A stretch of DNA of 64,000 nt from an uncultured Clostridia bacterium (GCA_904419075.1 CAJFQM010000003.1:153934-217933); one strand, 5' to 3'; numbered from the stretch's first letter, positions 1 through 8,562 are shown. Numbers and translations: made by a program. Notes: generated by a model from the sequence alone, not told the origin.

Positions 1-241
1 CGCCCGTCTTACTGTTCACGACCCCCGGAGACGCGATTCCGATCGCCTCCACCTCCGAAAAATCTATCTTCGCTTCCCGCGCGACCGTACGCGCCACTAC
101 GTCCAGCTTGTTCGCCGTCCCGTCAAATCCGTCCGCCGAGGTCGTCGCAATATTCGACTTCGCGAGAAGCCTTCCCTCTCCGTCGAAAATCGCCGCCTTC
201 GCGCTCATGCCGCCTAAATCTATCCCGATGATATATCCCAT
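1..241 (-). CDS. ROK-family sugar kinase (glucokinase-like), N-terminal fragment; C-terminus lies beyond the window start
   Basis: Reverse translation from ATG at 239-241 gives MGYIIGIDLGGMSAKAAIFDGEGRLL...IGIASPGVV. This contains the ASKHA/ROK DxGG phosphate-1 motif. The fragment is truncated and so absent from the ORF track. Confidence 0.7.
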   Translation of the reverse strand, partial: MGYIIGIDLGGMSAKAAIFDGEGRLLAKSNIATTSADGFDGTANKLDVVARTVAREAKIDFSEVEAIGIASPGVVNSKTG

Positions 242-261
242 AAATATCGTCCTTCCCGCTC

Positions 262-879
262 TCAGCGGATAAAATTCGTATATACTTTTTTCTCTTTCGT
301 CGGCTCTATGCCCGCGCCTCTGCCCGCTTCGATACATTTCAGCAGCCAAGCCATGTTATGTCCCAGCGTCCGCATCGTCTGCAAGCCCTCCGCGTCCTTT
401 GACGCTTCCTCCGCCGTGTTTCCGTGAATCTCGTTCCAGTACGACGACGAAACCACGGGCATACAGCTGATCGTAAAATATTTATTCAGCATGTCCAGCG
501 TCGCCGTTCCGCCCGCCCGACGACAGCTCGCCACCGCCGCCGCGGGTTTATACCGAAGCGCCGCTCCGCCGCTGTAAAACGCCCTGTCCATAAACGAGGT
601 GATCGCTCCGCCCGCCGATGCATAATGCACCGGAGAACCGAATATAAATCCGTCCGCCTCCTTCGCCAAAGCCGTAAATTCGTTTACCGCGTCCTCCATA
701 AAACACTTTCCGAGTTTTCGGCAGGCTCCGCAGGCGATACAGCCCGAAACGGGTTTTTTGCCCAACTGGAAAATCTCCGTGTCGATTCCGTCCGCGTTCA
801 GCGCTTTCTCCGCTTCCCGAAGCGCCGTATACGTACAGCCTTGCTCGTGCGGGCTTCCGTTGACCAAAATCACTTTCAT
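262..879 (-). CDS. Flavodoxin-like NADPH-dependent FMN reductase / iron-sulfur flavoprotein
   Basis: 205 aa. MKVILVNGSPH N-terminus, Cys cluster CIACGACRKLGKC, GFIFGSPVHYASAGG. SD GGGAGGAG lies upstream. Confidence 0.75.
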   Translation of the reverse strand: MKVILVNGSPHEQGCTYTALREAEKALNADGIDTEIFQLGKKPVSGCIACGACRKLGKCFMEDAVNEFTALAKEADGFIFGSPVHYASAGGAITSFMDRAFYSGGAALRYKPAAAVASCRRAGGTATLDMLNKYFTISCMPVVSSSYWNEIHGNTAEEASKDAEGLQTMRTLGHNMAWLLKCIEAGRGAGIEPTKEKKVYTNFIR

Positions 880-923
880 TTCTATGCTCCTCCCGAAAGA
901 TTTTATTCATTGAGATCCCGTTT

Positions 924-952
924 ATTATATCATATCTCTTCAAAGATTTCAA
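924..952 (-). promoter_or_regulatory. Sigma-A-type promoter for the flavoprotein gene
   Basis: Minus strand reads TTGAAA-17 nt-TATAAT (plus tttcaa 947-952, attata 924-929). Confidence 0.55.
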
Positions 953-1033
953 TATAAAATGTACATTTATAAGAATTTTTTTTGTCGATTTATGTACCGT
1001 TTTTTCCGCAAGTGACAAAACGCATCATTTTCC

Positions 1034-1501
1034 CTACAAATCTCCGCCGAACGGCGGCGCAAAACCGAATCGATCTTTCAGCCACCTCAAATCCGTCGTC
1101 CATCCCTCCGTTTTATTCCGTTCGAGATATACACGGTTCGCTTCCGCAAGCGCCGCGTGAAATTCCGACTGCGTACAGCCGTTGACCTTACAGAAATGCT
1201 CCTCCGCCTCCGCGCCGCGTCCCACCAAAAACGTGCGCCCGATATGAATGACTTCGTGGCAGCGGCGGCACACGGCGATTACCGTTTCCAATTTCTGCAA
1301 TCTCTTTTTATCGTCGTAGCTCCACTGTTCGTGGGCTTCGAGGCGAGAACTCCTCGCGCCGCAAATCATGCACTTCCCGCCCGCGCGGGAATAGGCGTCG
1401 AACCGCACCGCGTCCCACTGCCCCCGCGTAAGCACGCTGCGCAGATTGGAATACCAACATTCCTCGGGAACCATTTCAAAATTGAGTTTATACTTCTTCA
1501 T
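1034..1501 (-). CDS. Small standalone HNH-like zinc-finger nuclease-fold protein
   Basis: The start is taken at MKKYKLNF (ATG 1499-1501), preceded by GGAGG. Motif is CMICG...EAHEQW...CRRCHEVIH (CxxC...H...CxxCHxxxH). Confidence 0.5.
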   Translation of the reverse strand: MKKYKLNFEMVPEECWYSNLRSVLTRGQWDAVRFDAYSRAGGKCMICGARSSRLEAHEQWSYDDKKRLQKLETVIAVCRRCHEVIHIGRTFLVGRGAEAEEHFCKVNGCTQSEFHAALAEANRVYLERNKTEGWTTDLRWLKDRFGFAPPFGGDL

Positions 1502-1530
1502 GTTGCCTCCGTGAACGGCATGAGATGTAA

Positions 1531-1680
1531 ACGCCGCGGACGGCACAAAAGTAGGGCCGCGCGGCGTATGAGCAATATTGAGAACGACGTAAAATACGGA
1601 CTATGCAATGTATGCACGATACCGCGGACGGCACAAAAGTATGAACCGTGTGCGTATGAGCGATACCGAGAACGGCACAA
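1531..1680. repeat. Two copies of a ~55-60 bp direct repeat with 88-bp period
   Basis: ccgcggacggcacaaaagta is identical at 1534-1553 and 1622-1641. Each copy is followed by gcgtatgagc..gagaacg. A third partial acggcacaaa lies near 1672. Confidence 0.7.
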
Positions 1681-1698
1681 AGCCAAAATCAGCGGATT

Positions 1699-2745
1699 TT
1701 ACCCGAGCAGATAGCGGATTTCCGCGCACTGACGGAATGCCGTGGGCAGAGAGACTTCCTTTTCCAGCGCTTCTTCCGAATATGCGGGAAAGGGAGATTT
1801 TTCGGCCCGTACATAAAAGCACGTCATATCCCAGCGGATATGCGTGAAAACATGCGTATAGTTTTTGCTTCTGACGATTCGGAATTCGGAAACGCCCCAC
1901 TCATTCAAAATTTCTTCGGGCGTCGTCCCTTCCTCCGCGAGGTGCGAAGGGAACTCGTTCATGCCCTTCAATACCCCCTCTTCGCGGCGCCTGACGGCGA
2001 TGCCCGACGCCGTTTCGATGACGAACACGTATACTTTTTCCGAGCGTTTTTCCTTCTTTTTCGGCAAAACGGGATACTTCCCCTGAGAGCCGTGCTTCTC
2101 CGCCCCGCAAAGCCCCCGCAACGGACATTCCGCGCATTTCGGGGAACGGGGCGTACAGATCAGCGCGCCCAGCTCCATCAAGCTCTGCGTAAAGTCCGAA
2201 CAGTCGGCGCCTTCCTTCGGATATGCCTTTTTCAGCTCTTCGCGCAAGAACGCGCGATAGGATAAATCCGAAATCTCCGTCGGATTTTCGAGGACTCTCG
2301 ACAGCACACGAAGCACGTTTCCGTCGATCGCCGGAACGGGCTTTCCGTAGGCGATGGAAAGCACCGCCCCCGCCGTGTAATCGCCTATTCCCGGCAGAGC
2401 TCTGATCTCCTTCTCCGTATCGGGAAAACGGCCGCCGTACTCCCGTACCAGAACCCTTGCCGCTTTCTGCATGTTCCGCACCCGACTGTAATAACCCAGC
2501 CCCTCCCAAAGTTTCATGAGCTTCCCTTCCTCGCAGTCCGCCAGCGCTTCTACCGTGGGCAATTCTTTGAGAAAGCGAACATAATATTCCTTCACCGCTT
2601 CGACGCGGGTCTGTTGGAGCATAATCTCAGACACCCATACCCGATAGGGCGTCACTCGTTCCCGCCAAGGCAAAATCCGCTTGTTTTCGCGGTACCAGCT
2701 AAGAAGCGGCTGCGTAATACAAGAAAGACAAAAATTTTCCGTCAT
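1699..2745 (-). CDS. mutY: A/G-specific adenine DNA glycosylase
   Basis: 348 aa. Contains LLSWYRENKRILPWRE, the HhH-GPD region GIGDYTAGAV, the 4Fe-4S Cys cluster CTPRSPKCAECPLRGLC and a NUDIX-like C-terminus. Confidence 0.9.
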   Translation of the reverse strand: MTENFCLSCITQPLLSWYRENKRILPWRERVTPYRVWVSEIMLQQTRVEAVKEYYVRFLKELPTVEALADCEEGKLMKLWEGLGYYSRVRNMQKAARVLVREYGGRFPDTEKEIRALPGIGDYTAGAVLSIAYGKPVPAIDGNVLRVLSRVLENPTEISDLSYRAFLREELKKAYPKEGADCSDFTQSLMELGALICTPRSPKCAECPLRGLCGAEKHGSQGKYPVLPKKKEKRSEKVYVFVIETASGIAVRRREEGVLKGMNEFPSHLAEEGTTPEEILNEWGVSEFRIVRSKNYTHVFTHIRWDMTCFYVRAEKSPFPAYSEEALEKEVSLPTAFRQCAEIRYLLG

Positions 2746-3467
2746 AACGAATTAAAAAAATCTATCGATTGCGTCAAAGAAGGAGTATCGGGATAGCTGA
2801 TCTCCTTCGGAAGCGTGAGGGAAGAATCCGCGTTCACGTAGGTCACGTCCGCTTTCCCCTCCCCCTTCGGCGTCACGAGACAGTTTCCGATTCCCACAAA
2901 CGCACCGGGATAACCGCTGAAAATACTCTTTAACAAGTCCGCCCCCGTGATGATCTCCACGCGTCCCGCTCCCACCGCTTCAAAACACAGGCGATAGGGG
3001 TCGAGCATTCCGTCCCGCTTCACGTCGGGAAGCTCCTCCAAACCGTCCATCACCACGAAAAGGCGGGGATAACCCACGTTCAGAGAACGCATGCGCACCA
3101 GCTCCCGCACGGTGTCCAGCGCCGAAAGATAATCCGCGTAATTGTTGATGTACGGCACCGTCACGTCCGCCGCCCGCAACCGCAAAAGCTCACTGTATCC
3201 CGCATACGGCGAAAGGATCAGAAACATCGCCTCCGAACGGTCGTAAAGGCACGACAGCGTAACCACGAGGCGGCGGATAAATTCGCTCCGCCCCGCACCT
3301 GTCACGCAGACGTGATGATACCGTTCCGCGTTCTCCTCGCGATGCGCCACAGCGATATTCCCCGCATCGTCGCGCCCCAAAGGTATGCAGGCGCGGATTT
3401 GCTCAAACCGATAAACGTTTTTCTCGGAAATCTCCGACAAAGAAGAAAGAAATTCTTCCGCTTTCAT
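2742..3467 (-). CDS. FtsK/SpoIIIE-like P-loop-fold protein with a degenerate Walker A
   Basis: The start is taken at MKAEEF (ATG 3465-3467). VTGAGRSEF replaces GxxGxGKS/T, and the Walker-B-like segment is LFVVMDGLEE. The stop overlaps the mutY start by 4 nt. Confidence 0.45.
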   Translation of the reverse strand: MKAEEFLSSLSEISEKNVYRFEQIRACIPLGRDDAGNIAVAHREENAERYHHVCVTGAGRSEFIRRLVVTLSCLYDRSEAMFLILSPYAGYSELLRLRAADVTVPYINNYADYLSALDTVRELVRMRSLNVGYPRLFVVMDGLEELPDVKRDGMLDPYRLCFEAVGAGRVEIITGADLLKSIFSGYPGAFVGIGNCLVTPKGEGKADVTYVNADSSLTLPKEISYPDTPSLTQSIDFFNSL

Positions 3468-3770
3468 GACTGACCGTCCTTTTTGCCCCCGAAGGCGCAT
3501 TTTTATATACCCTATCAGTATACTCTTCTTTGTCCGAAAAGTCAAGCGCGGGCGGGAAAGAAAACTCGGCGCGCGGCGCGGCGGAAAGGCTAAGAGGCAA
3601 AATCGGAGGGGTAAAAAATGAGAGAGAAAGACGAGGCAGGAGACGGGGCGGCGGGAAACGCGGGAAAAGGCGCGCTCACGGGAACCGTGGGCGCGCCTTT
3701 CCATAAAAATATAAGAGAGAAAATAATGAAAAAAATATAAAGAGAAATTTTGTGTGGTCTATATTAAGTT

Positions 3771-5192
3771 TCAGGAAACGGCGGTGAAATATTCGTCTTT
3801 ATCGAACGTAACCGAAAGTTCCTTCTGTTCCCCGCCGCGCTCTACCGTTACTTTGACGGTATCGCCTTTCCGCACGCAGAGCAACAAGTCGATGACCTGA
3901 TATCTGCGACGGATTTCCGTTGTTGTGTTTCCTACCGTGATCGATTTAAGAATATCTCCCGTCTCGAATACCCCGTCTCCCGCGGTGCCTTCGGAAATAT
4001 CCGTCACCGAAACCGTCTCCACGATTACAGCTTTCCCGTTCTCCAAAATCGCTTTGGAATCCACGGTCTGTACCGTGACGCCCAAAGTCGCACGCTTCAC
4101 CGAACCGTCGTTATCCATGATATTGTCCACGACATACATCACTTGCGTGATCGGAAGCGCATATCCCATATTATCTACGCTATGAATTCCTTCTACCTGC
4201 CTCGTTTCTCCATACACAAACGAATCGCCTAGCTTCGCGTTTGTGATACCGACGAGTTTTCCCTGCGCATCAAACAATCCGCCGCCGGAATTCCCCGGAT
4301 TGATCGCCGCGTCCGTCCGCATGACGCGCATGCTGACCGCCGTTCCGGGATTTATCGTCGATTCCAGCTGAATGTATTCCGAGTCCACCGAAACCACGCC
4401 CTCCGTAACGGAAATTCCGTCGCCTTCCGGGTTTCCTATCGCAAATACCTTTTCTCCCGTTGTTATTTCCTCCGAAGAACCGATCTCCGCTTCCTCCGCC
4501 GAGCTTTCTCGAAGAATTTCATTCCCCTGTACCTTCAAAACCGCAATATCATAATCGGCGGCTCCTCCGACATATGTCGCAGGTATCGCAAGTCCGTCCG
4601 TATTCTCGCCCGTTGAGGTATTTATATTCGTGATTCCGCCGTACAACGAAAGATAAATATAATCCGCTATTCCGTTATCGCTCTCCGCATCGTAAATGAC
4701 GTGGAAATTCGTGATCACATAAGCGTTTCCCGCTTCTTTATTCAGATCGTAAATGACGCCGCTGCCTGCCGCCCAAACGAGAGAAGTCGTCGTCACCGTT
4801 CCGCCGAATGGCCAATTCGCCGTCTTCTTCGTTTCCCTGAATCCCGAATATACGCTCACGACAGACATCATGTTATGCGCGATCGCGTCCGTATCGTTAT
4901 TCTCGCTCACGTCCGCAGAAAGATATTCCTCCAAAAATTCAAGGAACGTACCTTCATAGCCGTTCTTCACCGCCGTCGCATATACTTCCTCTATGTCGAG
5001 GTCGGCTCCGTCACTGCCGTCCGCTCCGTGTAAACTTTTCAGCCAATCCGCCTCCGTTCCCGTAAATCCGTTCTCTACCGCAATCTCGTAAGCGGATTTT
5101 GAACCAAATGCCGAAAAATCACAGGCGGAAAAACTCACCGCCATCACCGCGGTGCAACCGAGCGCTACCGCCGCCGTCCAGATTTTTTTCAT
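3771..5192 (-). CDS. Trypsin-like serine protease (S1C/HtrA-like) lipoprotein with C-terminal PDZ
   Basis: Lipobox VSFSAC. Triad context is ITNFHVI, DYDIAVLKV, GNSGGGLFD. The C-terminus is PDZ-like. The N-terminus has two AYEIAVENGFTGTE-type repeats. Confidence 0.8.
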   Translation of the reverse strand: MKKIWTAAVALGCTAVMAVSFSACDFSAFGSKSAYEIAVENGFTGTEADWLKSLHGADGSDGADLDIEEVYATAVKNGYEGTFLEFLEEYLSADVSENNDTDAIAHNMMSVVSVYSGFRETKKTANWPFGGTVTTTSLVWAAGSGVIYDLNKEAGNAYVITNFHVIYDAESDNGIADYIYLSLYGGITNINTSTGENTDGLAIPATYVGGAADYDIAVLKVQGNEILRESSAEEAEIGSSEEITTGEKVFAIGNPEGDGISVTEGVVSVDSEYIQLESTINPGTAVSMRVMRTDAAINPGNSGGGLFDAQGKLVGITNAKLGDSFVYGETRQVEGIHSVDNMGYALPITQVMYVVDNIMDNDGSVKRATLGVTVQTVDSKAILENGKAVIVETVSVTDISEGTAGDGVFETGDILKSITVGNTTTEIRRRYQVIDLLLCVRKGDTVKVTVERGGEQKELSVTFDKDEYFTAVS

Positions 5193-5339
5193 ATCCGTTT
5201 GCCTCCCCTGATTCGGGCGGGGTTATATTTCCTTACGCCCCGCCTCTCCTTTTTCGATATTTTCGATTTACACCTACTATTATACCCGTCTTTTCGTTGA
5301 TAGCTTTAAGATTTTTTGAAAACTGCGTGAATTTTTTCC

Positions 5340-5924
5340 CTAAAATCCTTCCAGCTCGTCCAACGTCAACGAAAACGACGGAATAAAATGCTCGAAAAAA
5401 TATTCCACTTCCGGCATTTTCCGACCGTGCAAATCTTCCTCGATACTCTTCTTCGCCCGCGAAAATTCGCTGTTTCCCGAACGCAGCTCCTCCAAGCATT
5501 TGATATACGCCGCCAATCGGTCTGCCGCCTTTACCAGCCGGTATTCCTCGCTCGTCTCGTCCGCCAGAACATACGGCGCTACCTCTTCCTTCAATTCCTT
5601 CGGCAGCATGTCCGCTACTTTTTCGCAGGCGCTACGCTCCAACTGCTTATACGCCCCCTGTATGCTGCGATTATAATACTTCACCGGCGTCGGAAGATCA
5701 CCCGTCATCACTTCGCTCGTCTCGTGATACAGCGCGTAAAGTACCGTCTTCGCAACATCTACGCTCCCCCCGTAAATTTTGTTGCGGATCGTCGCCAGCG
5801 CATGCGATATCACCGCTACGCTCTGGGAGTGCTCCATAATGTTTTCCTCCCGCTCCGAACGCATCAGCTGCCAGCGCTTGATATATTTCATTCTGTCAAG
5901 ATATGCGTAAAAATCGTATCGCAT
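5340..5924 (-). CDS. HD-domain 5'-deoxynucleotidase (YfbR-like)
   Basis: The start is MRYDFYAYLDRMKYIKRW (ATG 5922-5924) with AAGGAG upstream. It carries an HD-type HSQSV...HETSE signature. Confidence 0.8.
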   Translation of the reverse strand: MRYDFYAYLDRMKYIKRWQLMRSEREENIMEHSQSVAVISHALATIRNKIYGGSVDVAKTVLYALYHETSEVMTGDLPTPVKYYNRSIQGAYKQLERSACEKVADMLPKELKEEVAPYVLADETSEEYRLVKAADRLAAYIKCLEELRSGNSEFSRAKKSIEEDLHGRKMPEVEYFFEHFIPSFSLTLDELEGF

Positions 5925-5955
5925 TATTTTTTTCTCCTTATCTCTACCTTTTTTA

Positions 5956-5984
5956 TTGACTTTTTTCCGCGTTTGTCCTATAAT
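5956..5984 (+). promoter_or_regulatory. Sigma-A promoter for the riboswitch-thiT transcript
   Basis: TTGACT (5956-5961), 17 nt, TATAAT (5979-5984) on the plus strand. Confidence 0.65.
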
Positions 5985-6007
5985 GTTGATTACAAAATTC
6001 AATTATC

Positions 6008-6090
6008 CGTCGTGGGTGCTTTAACAAGCTGAGATTATACCATGGAATCGGCAAGGTAATACTTGAGCGAGATGATCGGTAACGAGGTAA
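6008..6090 (+). promoter_or_regulatory. TPP (THI-box) riboswitch aptamer
   Basis: GGGUGC...GCUGAGA...ACC..GGAA..GGUAAUAC..GAGCGAGA matches the THI-element hallmarks. It sits upstream of a ThiT-type transporter. Confidence 0.7.
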
Positions 6091-6102
6091 AAAAGAACTT
6101 CT

Positions 6103-6163
6103 GCGCGCCCGCGCGCCGTTTCGGGATTTTCTCCCTTTTCGGCCTCCGGGCGCGGCTTTTTTT
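6103..6163 (+). terminator. Putative riboswitch expression-platform terminator
   Basis: GC-rich arms (cgcgcccg / cgggcgcg) are followed by T7 at 6157-6163. The loop is long, so the folding is uncertain. Confidence 0.45.
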
Positions 6164-6216
6164 CTTTTCTGCCGCGACCAAGCGGCGGGTCCAAGAAAAA
6201 AAGGAGGTCTTTTTTT

Positions 6217-7083
6217 ATGTTTCTCAATGCTCTTTTGGAAGCCAGCGCGAAAACCACCAATATCGTCAAATGGGTTTCCGTCGGCGCCATCGTCGTCCTC
6301 TTCGGAGTCATCGCCGTTATCTGTGTCAAAGGCAAAAAACACTATGACGCAAAGCATATCGCTTTCGCCGGTATCTCACTCGGTTTGTCCTTCGTCTTAT
6401 CTTTTCTCAAAGTTTCCCCCGTAACGTATGGCGGCTCCATTACCCTCGCAAGTTTCGTTCCCTTACTCATCTACACTTACGTTTACGGGCTTGCCGACGG
6501 ATTGCTTACGGGGCTTATCTTCGGATTATTTAACTTCGTCACCGACCCTTATATTCTTACTCCCATGACGTTTATTCTCGATTACCTGCTCGCATTCGCA
6601 TCTATCGGGCTCATGGGACTTGCCGGAAAGTTCACCAAAAAGACTACTTTTAACGTCGTCCTCGGCACCGTCGCCGTCTACGTCGTCCGCTTCGTTTTCC
6701 ACCTTTTCTCGGGCATGATTTATTTCTCCATGGACCAGGTATGGGCCGAACTCCCGAACTGGGCCGTATCCAACGGAGGATTCATCTATTCCTTCATCTA
6801 TCAGTGCGTATATCTCCCCGCAGACTGCGCCATCGCCACCGTCGCTTTGTACGTCCTCGCAAAAACAAATGTATTGGACAAGCTCGGCGCGCTTATGAAG
6901 CCTAAAAAATATGCGGCCGTCAAGGCGGAAACGACAAAAACGGCGGAAAACGCGGGCGCTACGGGAACGGCAGAAACGGCAGGTACGGCGGGCGCGGGTG
7001 TAAAGGTGAACGCCGACGCCGGAGAAACCGCAGAAGGAGAAACCGCCGCCGCGGATATGAAAACCGCAAACGGAAAATCCTGA
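6217..7083 (+). CDS. thiT: ECF-type thiamine transporter S-component ThiT, with a low-complexity C-terminal tail
   Basis: SD AAGGAGG is present. Multi-TM protein with YLLAFASIGLMGLAGKF and RFVFHLFSGMIYFS resembling ThiT. The C-terminal tail is rich in A, E, T and G. Confidence 0.8.
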   Translation: MFLNALLEASAKTTNIVKWVSVGAIVVLFGVIAVICVKGKKHYDAKHIAFAGISLGLSFVLSFLKVSPVTYGGSITLASFVPLLIYTYVYGLADGLLTGLIFGLFNFVTDPYILTPMTFILDYLLAFASIGLMGLAGKFTKKTTFNVVLGTVAVYVVRFVFHLFSGMIYFSMDQVWAELPNWAVSNGGFIYSFIYQCVYLPADCAIATVALYVLAKTNVLDKLGALMKPKKYAAVKAETTKTAENAGATGTAETAGTAGAGVKVNADAGETAEGETAAADMKTANGKS

Positions 7084-7203
7084 CGGATACGAAAACCGCA
7101 AACAAAAAACCGTTGCAGGGCGAAACCCGTGAACGGAATAACCGTTGCGGAATGAGATTCGTGAACGGATTAGCCGAAAACAAGCAGAAAACGGCATTAC
7201 CTT

Positions 7204-7240
7204 AATCCCCCGTGCGGAAGTCCGCACGGGGGATTTTCTT
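7204..7240. terminator. Rho-independent terminator between convergent thiT and rimM
   Basis: aatcccccgtgcgg-aagt-ccgcacgggggatt forms a 14-bp stem followed by a T run. Confidence 0.75.
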
Positions 7241-7314
7241 CGGATGCCTTCAATCGACGCCGCATATTTTCCCAAAACGTTCCCCCGAACATAAACTCCG
7301 CCGCGCGCTTCGGC

Positions 7315-7815
7315 TCAAATCACCGCTACTTCGTCGAAGCGCTTTTTGTCCACTATGATGCGGCCGTTTTCCAAATCTACCTGCTTCACGACCCCTTTCA
7401 CCGCGGGGAAAAGAATCTCCTTCCCCTCCCGCTCTATCGTGTATACCTCCGACGACAGCGGCGCCACGTCCTTCACCGTTCCCAGAACTTCGCCGCTCTC
7501 CGTCTCCACCGAAAGGCCCAAAATATCCGCGATATAATACCGCCCCTCTTCCAATTCGGGCGCGTCCTCTCTGTCTCCTTCCAGCTTCTTCCCGCGCAAG
7601 AGCTCCGCCGCGTTCCGGTCCGGTACTCCGCGCAAGCCCAAATACGCAAACCCGTCTCCGCCTACCCGAAAAGACAAAATCTTATACGGCTTCCCTTCGA
7701 TATATACCTGCCCGAACGACTTCACGTCATCCGGTTCGTCCGTATAGGTCTTGATTTTCAGCTCCCCGCGGATTCCCTGCGGCTTCAAAACCTCTCCGAT
7801 GATGAGTCTTTCCAT
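7315..7815 (-). CDS. rimM: 16S rRNA processing protein RimM
   Basis: MERLIIGEVLKPQGIRGELKI. Position in the ffh-rpsP cluster supports the call. Confidence 0.9.
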   Translation of the reverse strand: MERLIIGEVLKPQGIRGELKIKTYTDEPDDVKSFGQVYIEGKPYKILSFRVGGDGFAYLGLRGVPDRNAAELLRGKKLEGDREDAPELEEGRYYIADILGLSVETESGEVLGTVKDVAPLSSEVYTIEREGKEILFPAVKGVVKQVDLENGRIIVDKKRFDEVAVI

Positions 7816-7887
7816 TCTTCGCCTCCCCGTTTCGTCATAGCCGAAAAAAGGCTTTCGCTACGAAAGCCTTTTTTCTTGCTCCGAATC

Positions 7888-8175
7888 TTATTCGGCTTCT
7901 TCGTCCGTCGTTTCTTCCGGTTCGCGATCTACCGCGTTCCCGCCCTTTTCCTTGATTTCCACGACGTAACGCTTACTGTTCCTCGGCGTCGCCGCATAGA
8001 CGATCGTCCGCAGCGCCTTCGCAATTTTGCCCTGCTTGCCGATGACTTTTCCCATATCCGACGAAGGCAGCGTCACCACGATTTCGATTACGCGCTCCTT
8101 TTCGTGCACCGCGTATTCTACGTGCTCCTTATCCTCCGCAAATTGGTTGACGATATATTGTACTAATTCCAGCAT
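7888..8175 (-). CDS. ylqC: KH-domain RNA-binding protein (YlqC family)
   Basis: GKVIGKQGKIAKALRTIV KH motif. It lies between rpsP and rimM. Confidence 0.85.
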   Translation of the reverse strand: MLELVQYIVNQFAEDKEHVEYAVHEKERVIEIVVTLPSSDMGKVIGKQGKIAKALRTIVYAATPRNSKRYVVEIKEKGGNAVDREPEETTDEEAE

Positions 8176-8223
8176 TCTTTACCTCCCGATTCCTCTGTAT
8201 TTTCTTAGACGGGCGGGCGGAGA

Positions 8224-8517
8224 TTACTTCTTCGACTTCTTCCCTTTCGTCTTGGAAGGGCTCAGCTTCGCAGGCTTCTCCATCGCCCCCGTCTTTACGA
8301 GCAGGTTTTTCACCGTCTCCGTCGGCTGCACGCCCTTTTTCAGCCAATCCTTCGCCTTCTCGACGTCGATCGTCAGCTCTACCGGATCGCACGTCGGACG
8401 ATAATGTCCCACGCAGTCGATATATTCGCCGCTCATCGCCTTACGGCTGTCCACCACCACTACGCGATAAATGGGGTTCTTTTTGTCGCCCATTCTGAAA
8501 AGTCTCATTTTTACCAT
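8224..8517 (-). CDS. rpsP: 30S ribosomal protein S16
   Basis: MVKMRLFRMGDKKNPIYRVVVVDSR. Confidence 0.95.
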   Translation of the reverse strand: MVKMRLFRMGDKKNPIYRVVVVDSRKAMSGEYIDCVGHYRPTCDPVELTIDVEKAKDWLKKGVQPTETVKNLLVKTGAMEKPAKLSPSKTKGKKSKK

Positions 8518-8562
8518 GATTATACCTCCAAAAGTATGTTAAAATTTTTTGTCTCTCTCGTA

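Noticed and set aside
1531-1680. The direct repeats might be a CRISPR array.
   Set aside because: There are only two full units. The unit length is about 55-60 bp with imperfect identity. There is no regular repeat-spacer structure, and no cas genes are in the window.
2742-3704. The ORF track gives N-terminally extended versions of several genes: 2742-3704, 5340-6002, 15237-15998, 28275-29729, 33132-34307, 34977-35573, 37874-38227, 51527-52480, 54472-56316 and 58244-59374.
   Set aside because: The extensions are Arg/Pro-rich or hydrophobic nonsense, and they run through promoters, terminators or neighbouring genes. Internal ATGs preceded by GGAGG-type SD sites match the conserved N-termini of the families.
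6526-7275. The track lists a 249-aa minus-strand ORF overlapping thiT.
   Set aside because: It lies antisense to a riboswitch-controlled transporter gene that has a clear ThiT signature. Its translation is Arg/Phe/Cys-rich with no motifs.
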